From an uncultured Spirochaetota bacterium (GTDB taxonomy: Bacteria; Spirochaetota; Spirochaetia; SZUA-6; Fen-1364): a DNA stretch of 64,000 bases. The translations under genes were made by a program, and so were the position numbers. Of this stretch, positions 8,197 through 18,904 are shown piece by piece; position 1 is the first letter of the stretch; each line of letters opens with the position of its first letter. A model generated the notes under the pieces. That model made no database searches. It was given only the letters and a program-made list of their open reading frames with translations, and was not told where the DNA came from. The DNA lies in the NCBI GenBank assembly GCA_963753085.1, contig CAVWBF010000020.1:365-64364 (forward strand). The letters run 5' to 3'.

Positions 8197-9690
8197 ATGT
8201 CGGATCCGGTCCTGAAGGTCCAGGGGATCGTCAAGTCATTCGGAGGGGTGCAGGCGCTCAAGGGGGTGAGCCTGGAGATCGGAGCGGCGGAGATCCATTG
8301 CCTCGCCGGCGAGAACGGCTCGGGCAAGTCCACCCTCATCAAGGTGATCTCCGGCGTCCACGAGCCCGATGCGGGCAGCATCGAGATCGGCGGACGTTCC
8401 TTCTCCCGGCTCAGCCCGATGGACGCCATCGGCCTCGGCGTCCAGGTCATCTACCAGGACTTCTCCGTCTTCCCCAACCTGACCGTGATGGAGAACCTCG
8501 CCTTGAACATGGAGCTCATGGACAGCCGCAAGCTGATGAACTACCGCAGGGCACGGTCCATCGCCGCCCACGCCGTCTCCCTCATCGGCTTCGCCATCGA
8601 CCTCGACGAGCGCGTGGAGAACCTCTCGGTCGCGGACCGCCAGCTCATTGCGATCTGCCGCGCCCTTCTGCAGAACTCGAAGCTCATCATCATGGACGAG
8701 CCCACCTCCGCCCTGACCAAGAAGGAGGTGAAAGCCCTCTTCGCCGTGATCAAGAGCCTCCAGTCCCGGGGGATCTCGATCCTCTTCGTCTCCCACAAGC
8801 TCGACGAGGTCTTCGAGATATCCGAGCGCTACACGATCCTCAGGAGCGGGGAGAACGCCGCCTCCGGCAGCACGCGGGACCTCGATCGGAAGACCTTCGC
8901 CTTCCACATGACCGGCCGGGAGTTCACGGAAGAGTCGTATCGTCTCGCGGGCCCGGTCGGGAAGCCCGTGCTGTCCGTGAAGGGCCTCACGCTGCGTGGC
9001 TGCTACTCCGACGTTTCCTTCGACCTCGCGGCGGGCGAGATCCTCGGCATCACCGGCCTCCTTGGCTCGGGGCGCACGGAGCTCGTCGAGACCCTTTTCG
9101 GCATCTCGAAGCCCGACAGGGGCACGATCGAGATCGGGGGCCGGCGGGCGCGCATCAGAAGCGTCAAGGCCGCGATCCGCCGGGGCATCGGCTACGTGCC
9201 CTCCGACCGCCTCACCGAAGGTCTCTTTCAGCCCCAGACCATCGAGCGCAACATCGTGGTCGCGGTGCTCGCGCGGCTCTCCTCCCGGCTGGGCTTCCTC
9301 AGGAGAAAGGCCGTCGCGGAGACCACGGCGCGCTGGATCTCCGAGCTTGCCATTGCGACCCGGGATCCCTCCCTGCCGGTGCGGACGCTCTCAGGCGGGA
9401 ACCAGCAGAAGGTCGTCCTGGCCCGCTGGCTGGCCAACGACCTCAAGGTGCTTATCCTGAACGGGCCAACAATGGGCGTCGACATCGGCTCGAAGTACGA
9501 TATCCACGCCCTGATGCGCAAGCTCGCCGCCTCGGGGCTGGCCATCATCGTCGTCTCGGACGATCTGCCGGAGGTGCTCGCCTGCACGAGCCGGATTCTC
9601 GTGATGCGCGACGGCGCCTTCGTCCAGGAACTGGACCCGGCCTCGACGACGGAATCGAGGCTCGGCGAGCTGTCCACCGGCATCGCGTAG
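8197..9690 (+). CDS. Sugar ABC transporter ATP-binding protein (RbsA-like, two NBDs)
   Basis: GENGSGKS, IIMDEPT, LSGGNQQKV; the second Walker B reads ILNGPT. Confidence 0.92.
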   Translation: MSDPVLKVQGIVKSFGGVQALKGVSLEIGAAEIHCLAGENGSGKSTLIKVISGVHEPDAGSIEIGGRSFSRLSPMDAIGLGVQVIYQDFSVFPNLTVMENLALNMELMDSRKLMNYRRARSIAAHAVSLIGFAIDLDERVENLSVADRQLIAICRALLQNSKLIIMDEPTSALTKKEVKALFAVIKSLQSRGISILFVSHKLDEVFEISERYTILRSGENAASGSTRDLDRKTFAFHMTGREFTEESYRLAGPVGKPVLSVKGLTLRGCYSDVSFDLAAGEILGITGLLGSGRTELVETLFGISKPDRGTIEIGGRRARIRSVKAAIRRGIGYVPSDRLTEGLFQPQTIERNIVVAVLARLSSRLGFLRRKAVAETTARWISELAIATRDPSLPVRTLSGGNQQKVVLARWLANDLKVLILNGPTMGVDIGSKYDIHALMRKLAASGLAIIVVSDDLPEVLACTSRILVMRDGAFVQELDPASTTESRLGELSTGIA

Positions 9691-9707
9691 GAAGGGAGGT
9701 CTCGAAG

Positions 9708-10731
9708 GTGATCAATCCGCGCCGACTGCTGGGAAGGTCGGAACCCTGGGTCCTGGCGGCCTTCATCGTCCTTGCCCTCCTGATCCAGGCCAGGTCGGGA
9801 CAGTTCTTCACCGGGAACAACCTCGTGGACCTGGTACGGGCCATGATCATACCCGGCCTGCTCTCCGTCGGATGCATGATGGTCATCGTGTCGGGAGGCA
9901 TCGACGTCTCCTTCACGGCCGTCGCCGCCCTCGCCATGTACGTGACCGACCGCATCCTCCTCTCGTCGCAGTACGCGGGAAACGTCCTTCTCCCCTACGC
10001 CATGGCGGCCGGCCTCGGTCTGCTCATGGGGGCGCTCAACGGGTTCCTGATCGCCTTCCTTCGCCTGCCGACGCTCGTGGTGACCCTCGGCACGGCGAGT
10101 CTCTACACGGGGCTCATGTTCGGCGCCTTCTCGGCGAGCGCGTCCGACGTGCCCCCGTCGATCGTGGCTCATGGCAAGGAGACGCTCTTCACCGCCGTGA
10201 ACACGCAGCTCGGCCTCTCCTCCAACATGCCATCTCAGGTCCTCATCCTGGTCGGCGTCTTCGTCCTCGGGTTCCTCCTCCTGCGCTACACGATGATCGG
10301 CCGCGGCATCTACGCCATCGGCGGCGACGAGGCGGCAGCGGAGCGGGCGGGCTTCAACGTGCGCGCCACTCAAGATGTTCCTCTACTGCCTGGTCGGCGT
10401 CCTGGCAGGGATCACGGGCATCTCGCGGATCTCGATGATGGCCTACGCCGATCCCTCGACCTTCCTCGGGATGGAGCTTACGGTCATCGCGGCGGTCGTG
10501 CTCGGCGGGACCCGGGTCACCGGCGGGGTCGGCACGCTCACCGGCACCGCGCTCGGCATCGCGCTGATGATCGTACTTGCGAACAGCCTCATCCTGATGG
10601 GCATACCGACCTACTGGGCGCGCTTCTTCACCGGCGCGGTCATCATCATCGGCACGGGGGTCACCGCCCGCCAGATCGGCACGAAGAGACGGCGCGAGCG
10701 CGCCGCCGCCGCAACCTCGGAGGCGCCATGA
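9708..10731 (+). pseudogene. Sugar ABC permease with one frameshift near 10370
   Basis: The N-part (GGIDVSF...IYAIGGDEAAAERAGFNVRA) is in the 8103 frame. The C-part (MFLYCLVG...MELTVIAAVVLGGT) is ORF 10375..10731. Confidence 0.8.
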
Positions 10732-11771
10732 AGAGCACCGACGCGGCGGTCCCCGCCCTCAAGGCCCGCGGGAGCCGCGACCAGAACCTCGTGCGCCTGT
10801 TCGTCATGCTCCTCGTCGTCTTCGCGCTGATGACGGCCCTGCGGCCGGCGGAGTTCCCCACCCTCGCCAATTTCGGCTCGATGATGCGCCAGTTCCCCGA
10901 GTACGGCATCATGGCCATCGGCATCAGCCTGACGATGATCACCGGGGGCATCGATCTCGGGGTTGTCGGCACGGCCAATCTCTCGGCCATCCTCGCGGCG
11001 AAGTTCCTCATCGGCTACGTGCCCCCGGGCGCGCCGCCCCAGGTGGTCCTGCCCTACATCATCATCGCCGTCCTCATCGCGCTGGCCACAGGGCTGGCCT
11101 GCGGCTACGTCGCGGGGATCCTGATCTCCCGGTTCAACATCCCCGCAATACTGGCCACCCTGGGGACCCAGCAGCTGTACACCGGCATCGCGGTCGGCAT
11201 CACGAGCGGCCGGCCCCAGAGCCGGCTGCCCCTCCTGTACTCGAAGATCGGCAACACGGAGCTCTTCGACCTCTTTCCCCTCTCCTTCATCCTCTTCGTC
11301 GTGATCGCCCTCGGCGTCGGCCTCATGCTCTCCCGCGCCCGCTTCGGCACCTCCATGTACCTCTACGGGACCAATCCCAAGGCCGCCCGGTACGCGGGGC
11401 TCAACACCGGCTCGATCCTGCGGCGCACCTACCTGTTCTCGGGGCTGCTTTCCTCCGTCGCTGGCCTCATCATGATGGCGCGCGCCAACTCGGCCAAGGC
11501 GGAGTACGGCGCCCCCTACACGCTGCAGTGCGTGCTCATCGCCGTGCTCGGGGGCATCGATCCCAACGGCGGCTTCGGCAAGATCGCAGGCGTCACCCTC
11601 GCCATCCTGATCCTCCAGTTCCTCTCCTCGGGCCTCAACATGTTCAACCAGGTATCCAATTTCTACCGGGACGTGATCTGGGGCGGTGTGCTGATCATCG
11701 TGCTCGTGGTCAACCGCCTGATCTCCACGCGCGCTGAGCGCAGGGCGTTGAGGAAACGCGCAATCGCCTGA
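10728..11771 (+). CDS. Sugar ABC permease
   Basis: ATGA overlap with the previous gene; GGIDLGVVG, YLYGTNPKAARYAG and LIAVLGGIDPNGG. Confidence 0.9.
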   Translation: MKSTDAAVPALKARGSRDQNLVRLFVMLLVVFALMTALRPAEFPTLANFGSMMRQFPEYGIMAIGISLTMITGGIDLGVVGTANLSAILAAKFLIGYVPPGAPPQVVLPYIIIAVLIALATGLACGYVAGILISRFNIPAILATLGTQQLYTGIAVGITSGRPQSRLPLLYSKIGNTELFDLFPLSFILFVVIALGVGLMLSRARFGTSMYLYGTNPKAARYAGLNTGSILRRTYLFSGLLSSVAGLIMMARANSAKAEYGAPYTLQCVLIAVLGGIDPNGGFGKIAGVTLAILILQFLSSGLNMFNQVSNFYRDVIWGGVLIIVLVVNRLISTRAERRALRKRAIA

Positions 11772-11800
11772 AGTCGCGAATGCCGGGAGTGCCAGCCAGG

Positions 11801-11829
11801 TTGACGCCGCCATGAATAGGCTCGATAAT
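11801..11829 (+). promoter_or_regulatory. Candidate sigma70 promoter of the C69 peptidase
   Basis: TTGACG-N17-GATAAT. Confidence 0.5.
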
Positions 11830-11867
11830 GCCACCGTCCCTGGAGCGCCTTGCTTCCCCGGAGGACC

Positions 11868-13517
11868 ATGATGAGTAACGCACCCCATCCCCTTTCCTGC
11901 TCAACGATCCTGGTTGGCAAGAAGGCAACCGTGGACGGCTCTGTCATCGCCGCCAGCTCCTGTGATGGTGACATCATGGGGGTGATCGATGTCATGCCCG
12001 CGCGCGAATACCTCGCGGGAACAAAGCAGCCGATGTACGTGAACTATCCGCGCCCGCAGACCTACCAGGAGTTCGTCGACCAGGCAAAGGGCGGCTATGA
12101 TCTCGTGGGGTCTCTCTCGGTGGAGCGAACCTATCGCAGCTTCATCTACTCCGGGTACCTGACCTCCATCGTCACCGGCGGATTGAACGAGTTCGGTGTG
12201 TCGATGGGAATCGAGTTCATGCCCATGAGACCTGAGCTGGCCAACACCCGGGGAGTGACCAGCTCGTGCAACAACCACTGGACGACATCCCTGATCGCAA
12301 ACGGCCTGATGCGTGCCCAGAGCGCGCGTGAGGCCATCCGCGTCATCGGCGCCGTGGTGGAAGAGCATGGTTTTCGGTACTACTACTCTCCGAGCGCCGG
12401 GACCATGATCCCCATCGCGGACAAGAACGAGGCCTGGATGATGGAGATCTTCGGCCCGGGTGCCGGCTGGGCTCCCGGTTGCGGAAAGCCGGGAGCGGTG
12501 TGGTGCGCGCAGAGGATCCCCGACGATGAGGTGGGATTCAATACGAACCGCAGCCGCATCGGCCGAGTGGACCTGTCGAACAGCGACTTCTTCATGGCTT
12601 CCTCGAATATCTACTCCCTGGCTCAGGAGCTCGGGTTGTGGAAAAAGGGGCAGCCATTCGTCTGGCACGATGTCTACGGCGTCCCCTTTGACAGGTGGAG
12701 CTGCCTGCGGGAGTGGGCTTTCGCGAACCGTCTGGCTCCCTCCCTCAACCTGAAAGCTACCGGCAAGGGGGAGATGGACCGCTATCCATTCTCGGTGAAA
12801 CCGGAGAAGAAGCTGGGCGTTCCCGATGTCATGGAGATCATGCGCGACTACTACCAGGGCACGGAGTTCGACGTGACGATGCATCCTGCCTTCAACCCCG
12901 GCGGAAAAAGAAGCCCCCTGGCGCGCCCATGGGGATCGGGGGAGCTTTTCGATCTGCTGGGGATCAAGGTGGAGCGCTGCATCGGCACGGAGAGCAGCGA
13001 CTACGTGTTCATCAACCAGATGCGCGGATGGCTTCCCGATCCCCTGGTCGGCTGCTCGTGGTTCACCTATGGCCCGGCCTACACCGGATGCTTTACCCCT
13101 CTCTACTCGGGAGTCACGGACCTGCCCGGTTCATGGAATCGTCCCGCCGATTTCTCACGGATCGACAGGAGCCAGGCACAGTGGAACTTCCGCCTGGTTC
13201 ACAACCTTGTGAATATCAGGTACCAGGATGCCATCAAGGACGTCGAACAAGTGGCCAAGCCTGCCGAATGCGCGTTCCTCGCGGCCCAGGCAGGGCTGGA
13301 AGAGGAATCGCTTCGCATCTTCAAGGCCGAAGGCCCTGACGGCGTCGAAAAGTTCCTCAACGAGTATGCCACCCAGTGCCTGAAGCAGGTCGGGTATGCA
13401 TACGGAGAGCTTGTCGATTACCTGATGCTGAAATACCTGTGCATGTATCCCGAGGCAGCGCCGCATCGATTGCCCAGGATAGCGCCTCCCGTCATCCCCT
13501 CAGTCCGGGGCGCGTAG
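11868..13517 (+). CDS. Peptidase family C69 (dipeptidase/secernin-like Ntn hydrolase)
   Basis: N-terminal CSTILVGKKATVDGSVI, VWCAQRIPDD...NRSRI and YPFSVKPEKKL. Confidence 0.85.
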   Translation: MMSNAPHPLSCSTILVGKKATVDGSVIAASSCDGDIMGVIDVMPAREYLAGTKQPMYVNYPRPQTYQEFVDQAKGGYDLVGSLSVERTYRSFIYSGYLTSIVTGGLNEFGVSMGIEFMPMRPELANTRGVTSSCNNHWTTSLIANGLMRAQSAREAIRVIGAVVEEHGFRYYYSPSAGTMIPIADKNEAWMMEIFGPGAGWAPGCGKPGAVWCAQRIPDDEVGFNTNRSRIGRVDLSNSDFFMASSNIYSLAQELGLWKKGQPFVWHDVYGVPFDRWSCLREWAFANRLAPSLNLKATGKGEMDRYPFSVKPEKKLGVPDVMEIMRDYYQGTEFDVTMHPAFNPGGKRSPLARPWGSGELFDLLGIKVERCIGTESSDYVFINQMRGWLPDPLVGCSWFTYGPAYTGCFTPLYSGVTDLPGSWNRPADFSRIDRSQAQWNFRLVHNLVNIRYQDAIKDVEQVAKPAECAFLAAQAGLEEESLRIFKAEGPDGVEKFLNEYATQCLKQVGYAYGELVDYLMLKYLCMYPEAAPHRLPRIAPPVIPSVRGA

Positions 13518-13537
13518 GCGTAGGAGTTGTTCCCGAT

Positions 13538-13568
13538 GCGCAGAGCCGGGCGGGCGCCGGCTCTGCGC
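13538..13568. terminator. GC-rich hairpin between convergent genes
   Basis: GCGCAGAGCCGG-gcgggcg-CCGGCTCTGCGC, a 12-bp stem. Confidence 0.65.
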
Positions 13569-13576
13569 TTGCAACC

Positions 13577-13890
13577 TCAGGGAGTTGTAGATCCCATCGG
13601 AATGGAGTCGTCGAATGTCTCGTGGCCCTTGCGGAAGTAGACCATCATGTTGAGATCCGTGACCAGTCCCTCGGGCGTATTGTAGACCTTTCTCTTTCCG
13701 ACGTTCGGGACGTCCACCACGGAGTAGGACTTGTCCGGGTCATCCTGCATGTAGAGAGTGTCGATGACCTGGAGGGACTTGTACCGGGGATCTGTTGCAA
13801 TCAGGCTTGTCGATGGCTTTTTTGACCTCGTTGAAGGTAGTGATGTTCGGCGAAGGGGCCAGCCATATCACCTTTCCGCCGTCGGGATTT
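13577..13890 (-). pseudogene. Remnant of a sugar-binding periplasmic protein
   Basis: Reads PDGGKVIWLAPSPNITTFNEVKKAIDK, then after a frameshift LIATDPRYKSLQVIDTLYMQDDPDKSY...FRKGHETFDDSIPMGSTTP*. It resembles the mid-region of an RbsB-like protein and has no start. Confidence 0.5.
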
Positions 13891-13928
13891 GGTGGTCGCG
13901 CTGCTCCTCTCCCGAATTTTCAAAAAAT

Positions 13929-13990
13929 TTGACAAAGACATACCTGTCTGATAAGGTGAGGTTTATCCGTGTAGACAACACGCGTAGAAT
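13929..13990 (+). promoter_or_regulatory. Sigma70 promoter and palindrome, copy 1
   Basis: TTGACA-N17-(TGa)TAAGGT followed by CGTGT-AGACA-ACACG; near-identical to 16543-16600. Confidence 0.65.
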
Positions 13991-14042
13991 AAGAGATTTC
14001 ATCAATCCTTAGGTTTACTTAGACCTTAGGGAAGTCGGATTA

Positions 14043-14338
14043 ATGGATCGCCCAAAAAGAAACGATGTTGCAAAAGTTGCGGAAGTCTCCGCCGCAATTG
14101 TTTCCTACGTCATTAACAACGGGCCGCAACCGGTGGCGAAGGAAACGCGTGCCCGAGTACAGGCGGCAAGACCCAAACGGTTGGCTACCTGGCCCCCAGC
14201 TTGGTCTCGGCCTTCATGAGCTACCTGGTGGATGCCGTCGAAGAGAATCCGGCGCGCCGCGGGTATGGCTTGCTTTTCGCCAGTAGCCACGCGGACTCGG
14301 CTCACGAGATCCAAATGCTGAATATACTGGCCAACCAA
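14043..14338 (+). pseudogene. Truncated, internally deleted copy of the LacI gene at 16655
   Basis: Starts [16 protein letters not shown]... It aligns by eye with 16655-17005 except for a deletion of about 55 bp, and ends just before the next RBS. Confidence 0.85.
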
Positions 14339-14349
14339 GGGAGAGCGAC

Positions 14350-15484
14350 ATGAACTCACGTCAGCGTGTCATCAAAGCTCTGAACCATGAGGAACCGGAT
14401 ATGGTCCCTATTGACATGGGTTCGACAGAGAATACGACACTTACCCGGATTGCCTACATCAATCTGCGAAAACATCTGGGAATGCCAGAAGATCCGAAGC
14501 CCTTTGTCGTCAACCGCATGATGGATGCCGTCTACCCGGCGGACGACATGCTGCGTCATTACCTGGTCGATTTCAAGCCCGTGAGGCCTTCTTCGACCTA
14601 TCGGGCGGGGATCCGTGAAATGCCGGATGACAGCTTCTACGATGAGATGGATATCCGTTGGAAGAAGGCCGGACACTACTACGATATGGTTGAGAATCCC
14701 TTGCGCCAGCTTTCCCTCCAGGAGTCGCTGAGAGCCAAGATGCCCGACCCGAATGCTGCTGGCAGGTCGGAAGGGTTGCGCGAGCAGGCTAGGTGGCTCT
14801 CCGAAGGCACCGATTACGCGATTGTTGTCGGGCACATCATGTGGGGACCATTTGAATTGGGTTGCGCGCTGCGAGGGTATGACCAGTTCCTCATGGATCT
14901 TTCCCTGGATACTAAATACGCCGAGGCCGTACTTAGACAGAAATCTGGAGTTGGCGATTGGGTTCTGGGATGCTTACCTGAACGAAGTTGGGGATTATGT
15001 GCAGGTGTGCGCACAGGGCGATGATCTCGGCATGCAGACCAGTTCGATTATCTCTCCCGACATGTACCGTCGGTTCATCAAACCTCGCCACAAGAAGTTG
15101 TTTGGCTTTATCAGATCCAAAACGAAGGCCAAAATTTTCCTCCATAGCTGCGGCTCGGTGTATGATTTGATCCCGGACCTGATTGAAGTCGGCGTGGAAA
15201 TCCTGAGCCCGGTCCAGTTTACCGCGGCGAAGATGGATCTGGCCTCGTTGAAAAGGGATTTCGGTAGGGACCTCACTTTCTGGGGCGGTGGCACGGATAC
15301 TCAGCATTTCCTGCCGCGGGCCAGTGTTGGGGAGATCAGGGATCAGGTCAAAATGATCTTCGATATTATGGCGCCAGGGGGCGGGTTCGTCTTTGTCCCG
15401 GTCCATAACATCCAAGCTGACATCCCCCCTGAGCGGGTGGATGCTATTTACCAGACCGCGCTGGAAACACGGAAATACGGTTAA
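14350..15484 (+). pseudogene. Uroporphyrinogen decarboxylase / MtaA-CmuA methyltransferase family protein, frameshifted near 14940
   Basis: MNSRQRVIKALNHEEPDMVPID in one frame; GDDLGMQ, FLHSCG, FWGGG.DTQ and HNIQADIPPE in the next. Confidence 0.85.
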
Positions 15485-15488
15485 GAGG

Positions 15489-16475
15489 ATGGTGTTATCC
15501 AACCGCGGGGGGCAGTTCCGCCTTCGCCACGTCTTGCGATACGGCAGTTTCATTATTTTTGGAGCGCTGATCCTTTTTTTCGGCCTGAGCAGCAAGAGCT
15601 TTTTTTCATCGTCAAATGCTTTGCTCATCTTGCAGCAGGCTGCCCCCCTCGGCATCGTGGCAATCGGGATGACCTTTGTGCTGGTGGTCGCCGGAATCGA
15701 CATCTCCATTGGTCAGGGCATGTTTCTGGTCGCAGTGTTGGTCGGCACCGCCATTGAGATCATGAAGGGTGCGGGTGCGCTGGGGTCATTTGGCAGTTTT
15801 TTAATCGTTTATGTCGCTGCGGTCTTCATTGGTGCACTGATTGGCTCGCTTAACGGACTGTTCATTGCCCGTTTCAGCGTCACTCCCTTTCTTGTCACGC
15901 TGGCCACAATGGGCATCATGCGCGGGCTTGCCTTGATGGTTGAAAAATCCCGTCCCCTGTATGTTTCTGAGCTCGGCCTCGTTTCCAACGGCGAACTGTA
16001 CGGGATTCCGTACGTTGTAGTCATCTTCCTGGCTCTCGTGCTCCTTGGCGACCACGTGCTGCGCCGTACCCCCTATGGCCGGGAGTTGATGGCGATCGGG
16101 AATGATCCGCTAAGCGCCCAGCGCGTAGGCATAAATGTCACGCGAAACGTGTTCGTCGCCTACCTGATTTGCGGCACGATGACTGGAATTGGCTCTGTTC
16201 TCGAGGCAGGACAGATCCAGTCGATTGCCATGAACTTTGCCAGTGGGCATGAGTTCGTGGTTATTTCAGCCGTGGTGCTCGGGGGCACAAGTCTTTTTGG
16301 TGGCAAGGGCAGCGTATTCCCAGGAGCGATTATCGGCATTTGCCTGGTTACGACTGTTTTCAACGGAATGACGATGATGAACGCCTCGCCTTATGCATAC
16401 ACGATCGTGAGGGGGGCGATTATCTTTCTGGCTGTAATGGCAGACAGCGTCAATTACAAGGGGGATCTGCGATAG
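15489..16475 (+). CDS. Sugar ABC permease (paralog of 21446..22444)
   Basis: AGIDISIG, MAIGND...AQRVGIN and ISAVVLGGTSLFGGKGS; the frame is intact. Confidence 0.9.
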   Translation: MVLSNRGGQFRLRHVLRYGSFIIFGALILFFGLSSKSFFSSSNALLILQQAAPLGIVAIGMTFVLVVAGIDISIGQGMFLVAVLVGTAIEIMKGAGALGSFGSFLIVYVAAVFIGALIGSLNGLFIARFSVTPFLVTLATMGIMRGLALMVEKSRPLYVSELGLVSNGELYGIPYVVVIFLALVLLGDHVLRRTPYGRELMAIGNDPLSAQRVGINVTRNVFVAYLICGTMTGIGSVLEAGQIQSIAMNFASGHEFVVISAVVLGGTSLFGGKGSVFPGAIIGICLVTTVFNGMTMMNASPYAYTIVRGAIIFLAVMADSVNYKGDLR

Positions 16476-16542
16476 CCGACCGGGGCGGCTGACCTCGCCC
16501 GAACCCCTGAAATCAGAGGCAGAAATAAAATTCTAAGAAAAT

Positions 16543-16600
16543 TTGACAAAGACGTCCGTGTCTGATAGGGTAGGTTTATCCGTGTAGACAACACGCGTAG
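16543..16600 (+). promoter_or_regulatory. Sigma70 promoter and palindrome, copy 2
   Basis: TTGACA-N17-(TGa)TAGGGT followed by CGTGTAGACAACACG. Confidence 0.65.
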
Positions 16601-16654
16601 AATAGAGATTTTTTCAATCCTTAGGTTTACTGCGCCGTAGGGGAAGTCGGATTA

Positions 16655-17654
16655 ATGGATCGCCCAAAAAGAAGCGATGTTGCAAAGCTTGCGGGAGTCT
16701 CCACCGCAACTGTCTCCTACGTCATTAACAACGGGCCGCGGCCAGTGGCGAAGGAAACCCGTGCCCGGGTACAGGCCGCCATCATGGAGCTTAAATACCA
16801 CCCTCACGCCATTGCTCGAAGCCTGAGTAAAGGTAAGACCCAAACGGTTGGCTTCCTGGCCCCCAGCCTGGTCTCGGCCTTCATGAGCTACCTGGTGGAT
16901 GCCGTCGAAGAGAGCCTGGCGCGTCGCGGCTATGGCCTGCTTGTCGCGAGCAGCCACGAGGACTCGGCTCACGAGACCCAGATGCTGAATACACTGGCCA
17001 GCCAATCCATCGATGGGCTACTCCTTGTACCCACCTCTTCAGGCAACGGTGGCAAGGTAATAGAACTTATTGCCCGAGGGTTGCCGGTAGTGTTCGTCGA
17101 TAGGTATATCGACGGGGTTGCCGCGGATGTGGTTGCGACCGACAACGTTGAAGCGGCGCGTCATGCCACCGAGTACCTTGTTCGAAAAGGCTGCAAGCGC
17201 TGCATCTGCGTCTCTTTCAGTGATGAAGCTTCGTCAGCCTGCGATCGGGTGAAAGGTTTCCGGAAGGCTCTTGCTGAGAATGGTTTGTCTGTCGACGAGC
17301 ATCCTGTCCTGGTCGTCAAATATGCGGCAGGAGATACAGTAAGCGCGCACCTCGCTGACTATCTCTCGAAGTCTGGTGTACCTGATGGCATCCTGTGCAC
17401 CACGGACTGGTTCTTTATTGAAACGGTCAAGTTCCTTGTTCACGCGGTTTCAAGGTTCCTGGACAGATCGCGGTGACCGGGAGCTTTTTCTTTTCTCCGT
17501 GGAACGAGATTCTGGAGCCGCCCCTGCCGATAGTTGCGAGGACTACGACTTGATTGCCAACCGCGCGGTACATTACTTGATCGAGCGAATGGAGGGCGCT
17601 TCTCCGGAGCCGAGGTTGGATCTGATCCCCGCGAACTACTTGCATGAGGAGTAA
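16655..17654 (+). pseudogene. LacI family regulator with two frameshifts in the C-terminus
   Basis: HTH DVAKLAGVSTATVSYVIN. The C-terminus can be rebuilt across frames as GFKVPGQIAVTG...PPLPIVA/DYDLIANRAVHYLIERMEG. Confidence 0.85.
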
Positions 17655-17811
17655 GAAATGATTGATCGACGCAATATTCTGCAAAGAGATACCACGGAAG
17701 GAGGTGCCAGGGGAGGGTGTTGTGTTCCTGGTTTAGCGTGAATTACGTCCCCGGATTCAGTTTTTGTTTTTGACTCTTTCGAAACGACGCGACGAAAACG
17801 GAGGTGAGATC

Positions 17812-18802
17812 GTGAAAAGAATCAGTTTCATTCTAGTGATGCTTGCGCTGGTGGGAGCTTTGATCTGCTGGGCGCCGAGTGCGGCAAGGCTGCGGGCAAG
17901 CAGATGAAGATAGGTGTGTCGATGGATTCCCTGGAGGCGGCGTTCTGGGTAGCCAAAGAGAAGGCAATGAAGGCGGAGGCTGCGAAGATGGGAGTGGATT
18001 ACGTCCTGGTGATCGCAGAGGGCGACGCGAACAAGCAGAACCAGCAGGTCGAGAACCTGATCGCGCAGGGAGCAAAAGCCATGGTCATAGCGCCGAAAGA
18101 CGGTGCGGCTATCGAAGCAGCCGTCGGTAAATGTAAAGACGCTGGCATCCAGTTGTGATGAACAATCGCCCTGTGCAGGGAGACGTCATGCCCGATCTGC
18201 AGATTCTCTCAGACAACTACGTGATGGCGAAGCAGGCGCCAGTGGTTCGTAGACAAGGCCAAGGCTCAGAAAGAGACCTACAACGCGCTCCTCTTGATCG
18301 GCAGCCTCGCTGACGAGAATGCGATTGAACGCAAAAAGGGGCACGACGAGATCATTGACGCGAACAAGAACGTGATCAAGGTGGTTGCGGAGGTGCTCTC
18401 GGAGTGGAAGCATGAAGTGGCGCTTGCAGGGATGCAGAATGCTTTCCAGGCTCATCCTGAGATAAACCTGATCATCACTCCGTCGGACTTCCTCTTTCCC
18501 CCGATCAAGAGCGTGCTGACTCAGTTGGGGCGTTGGAAGAAAATAGGTGAGAAGGGACATGTGGCCATTGTGTCCTTCGACGGCGACGAAAATGGGATGC
18601 AGTACATGAAAGATGGCTACGACTGGGTAGACGCCGCTCAGGCCGCGGACAAGACGGTGTGCTCTGCATCGACTGGGCGGTCAAAATGGCGCAGGGTCAG
18701 CAACCACCGATGGCTATCATGAAAGATCCTGGTGTTATCGTCAACACAGACAACTTGAAGAAGGTCGGCTCTACCATCTGGGGATGGGCGGGGGTAAAGT
18801 AA
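17812..18802 (+). pseudogene. Sugar ABC substrate-binding protein, multiply frameshifted
   Basis: Signal peptide from GTG 17812; segments KIGVSMDSLE, DANKQNQQVENLIAQG and AIVSFDGDENG lie in different frames. Confidence 0.85.
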
Positions 18803-18904
18803 GTTCTGCTCTAGAATGGATACGGGTGACGTAAGAGCTTGCAATCGGAGGGAGTACAGGCGGAGTGCGTCTGTGCTCCTTCCTTCTCAATCAGGCGAGG
18901 CGTG

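Noticed and set aside
8103-11771. 1222-aa ORF in the track
   Set aside because: It is a composite of an off-frame shadow of the ATPase, permease 1 up to its frameshift, junk codons and permease 2. It is not a plausible single gene.
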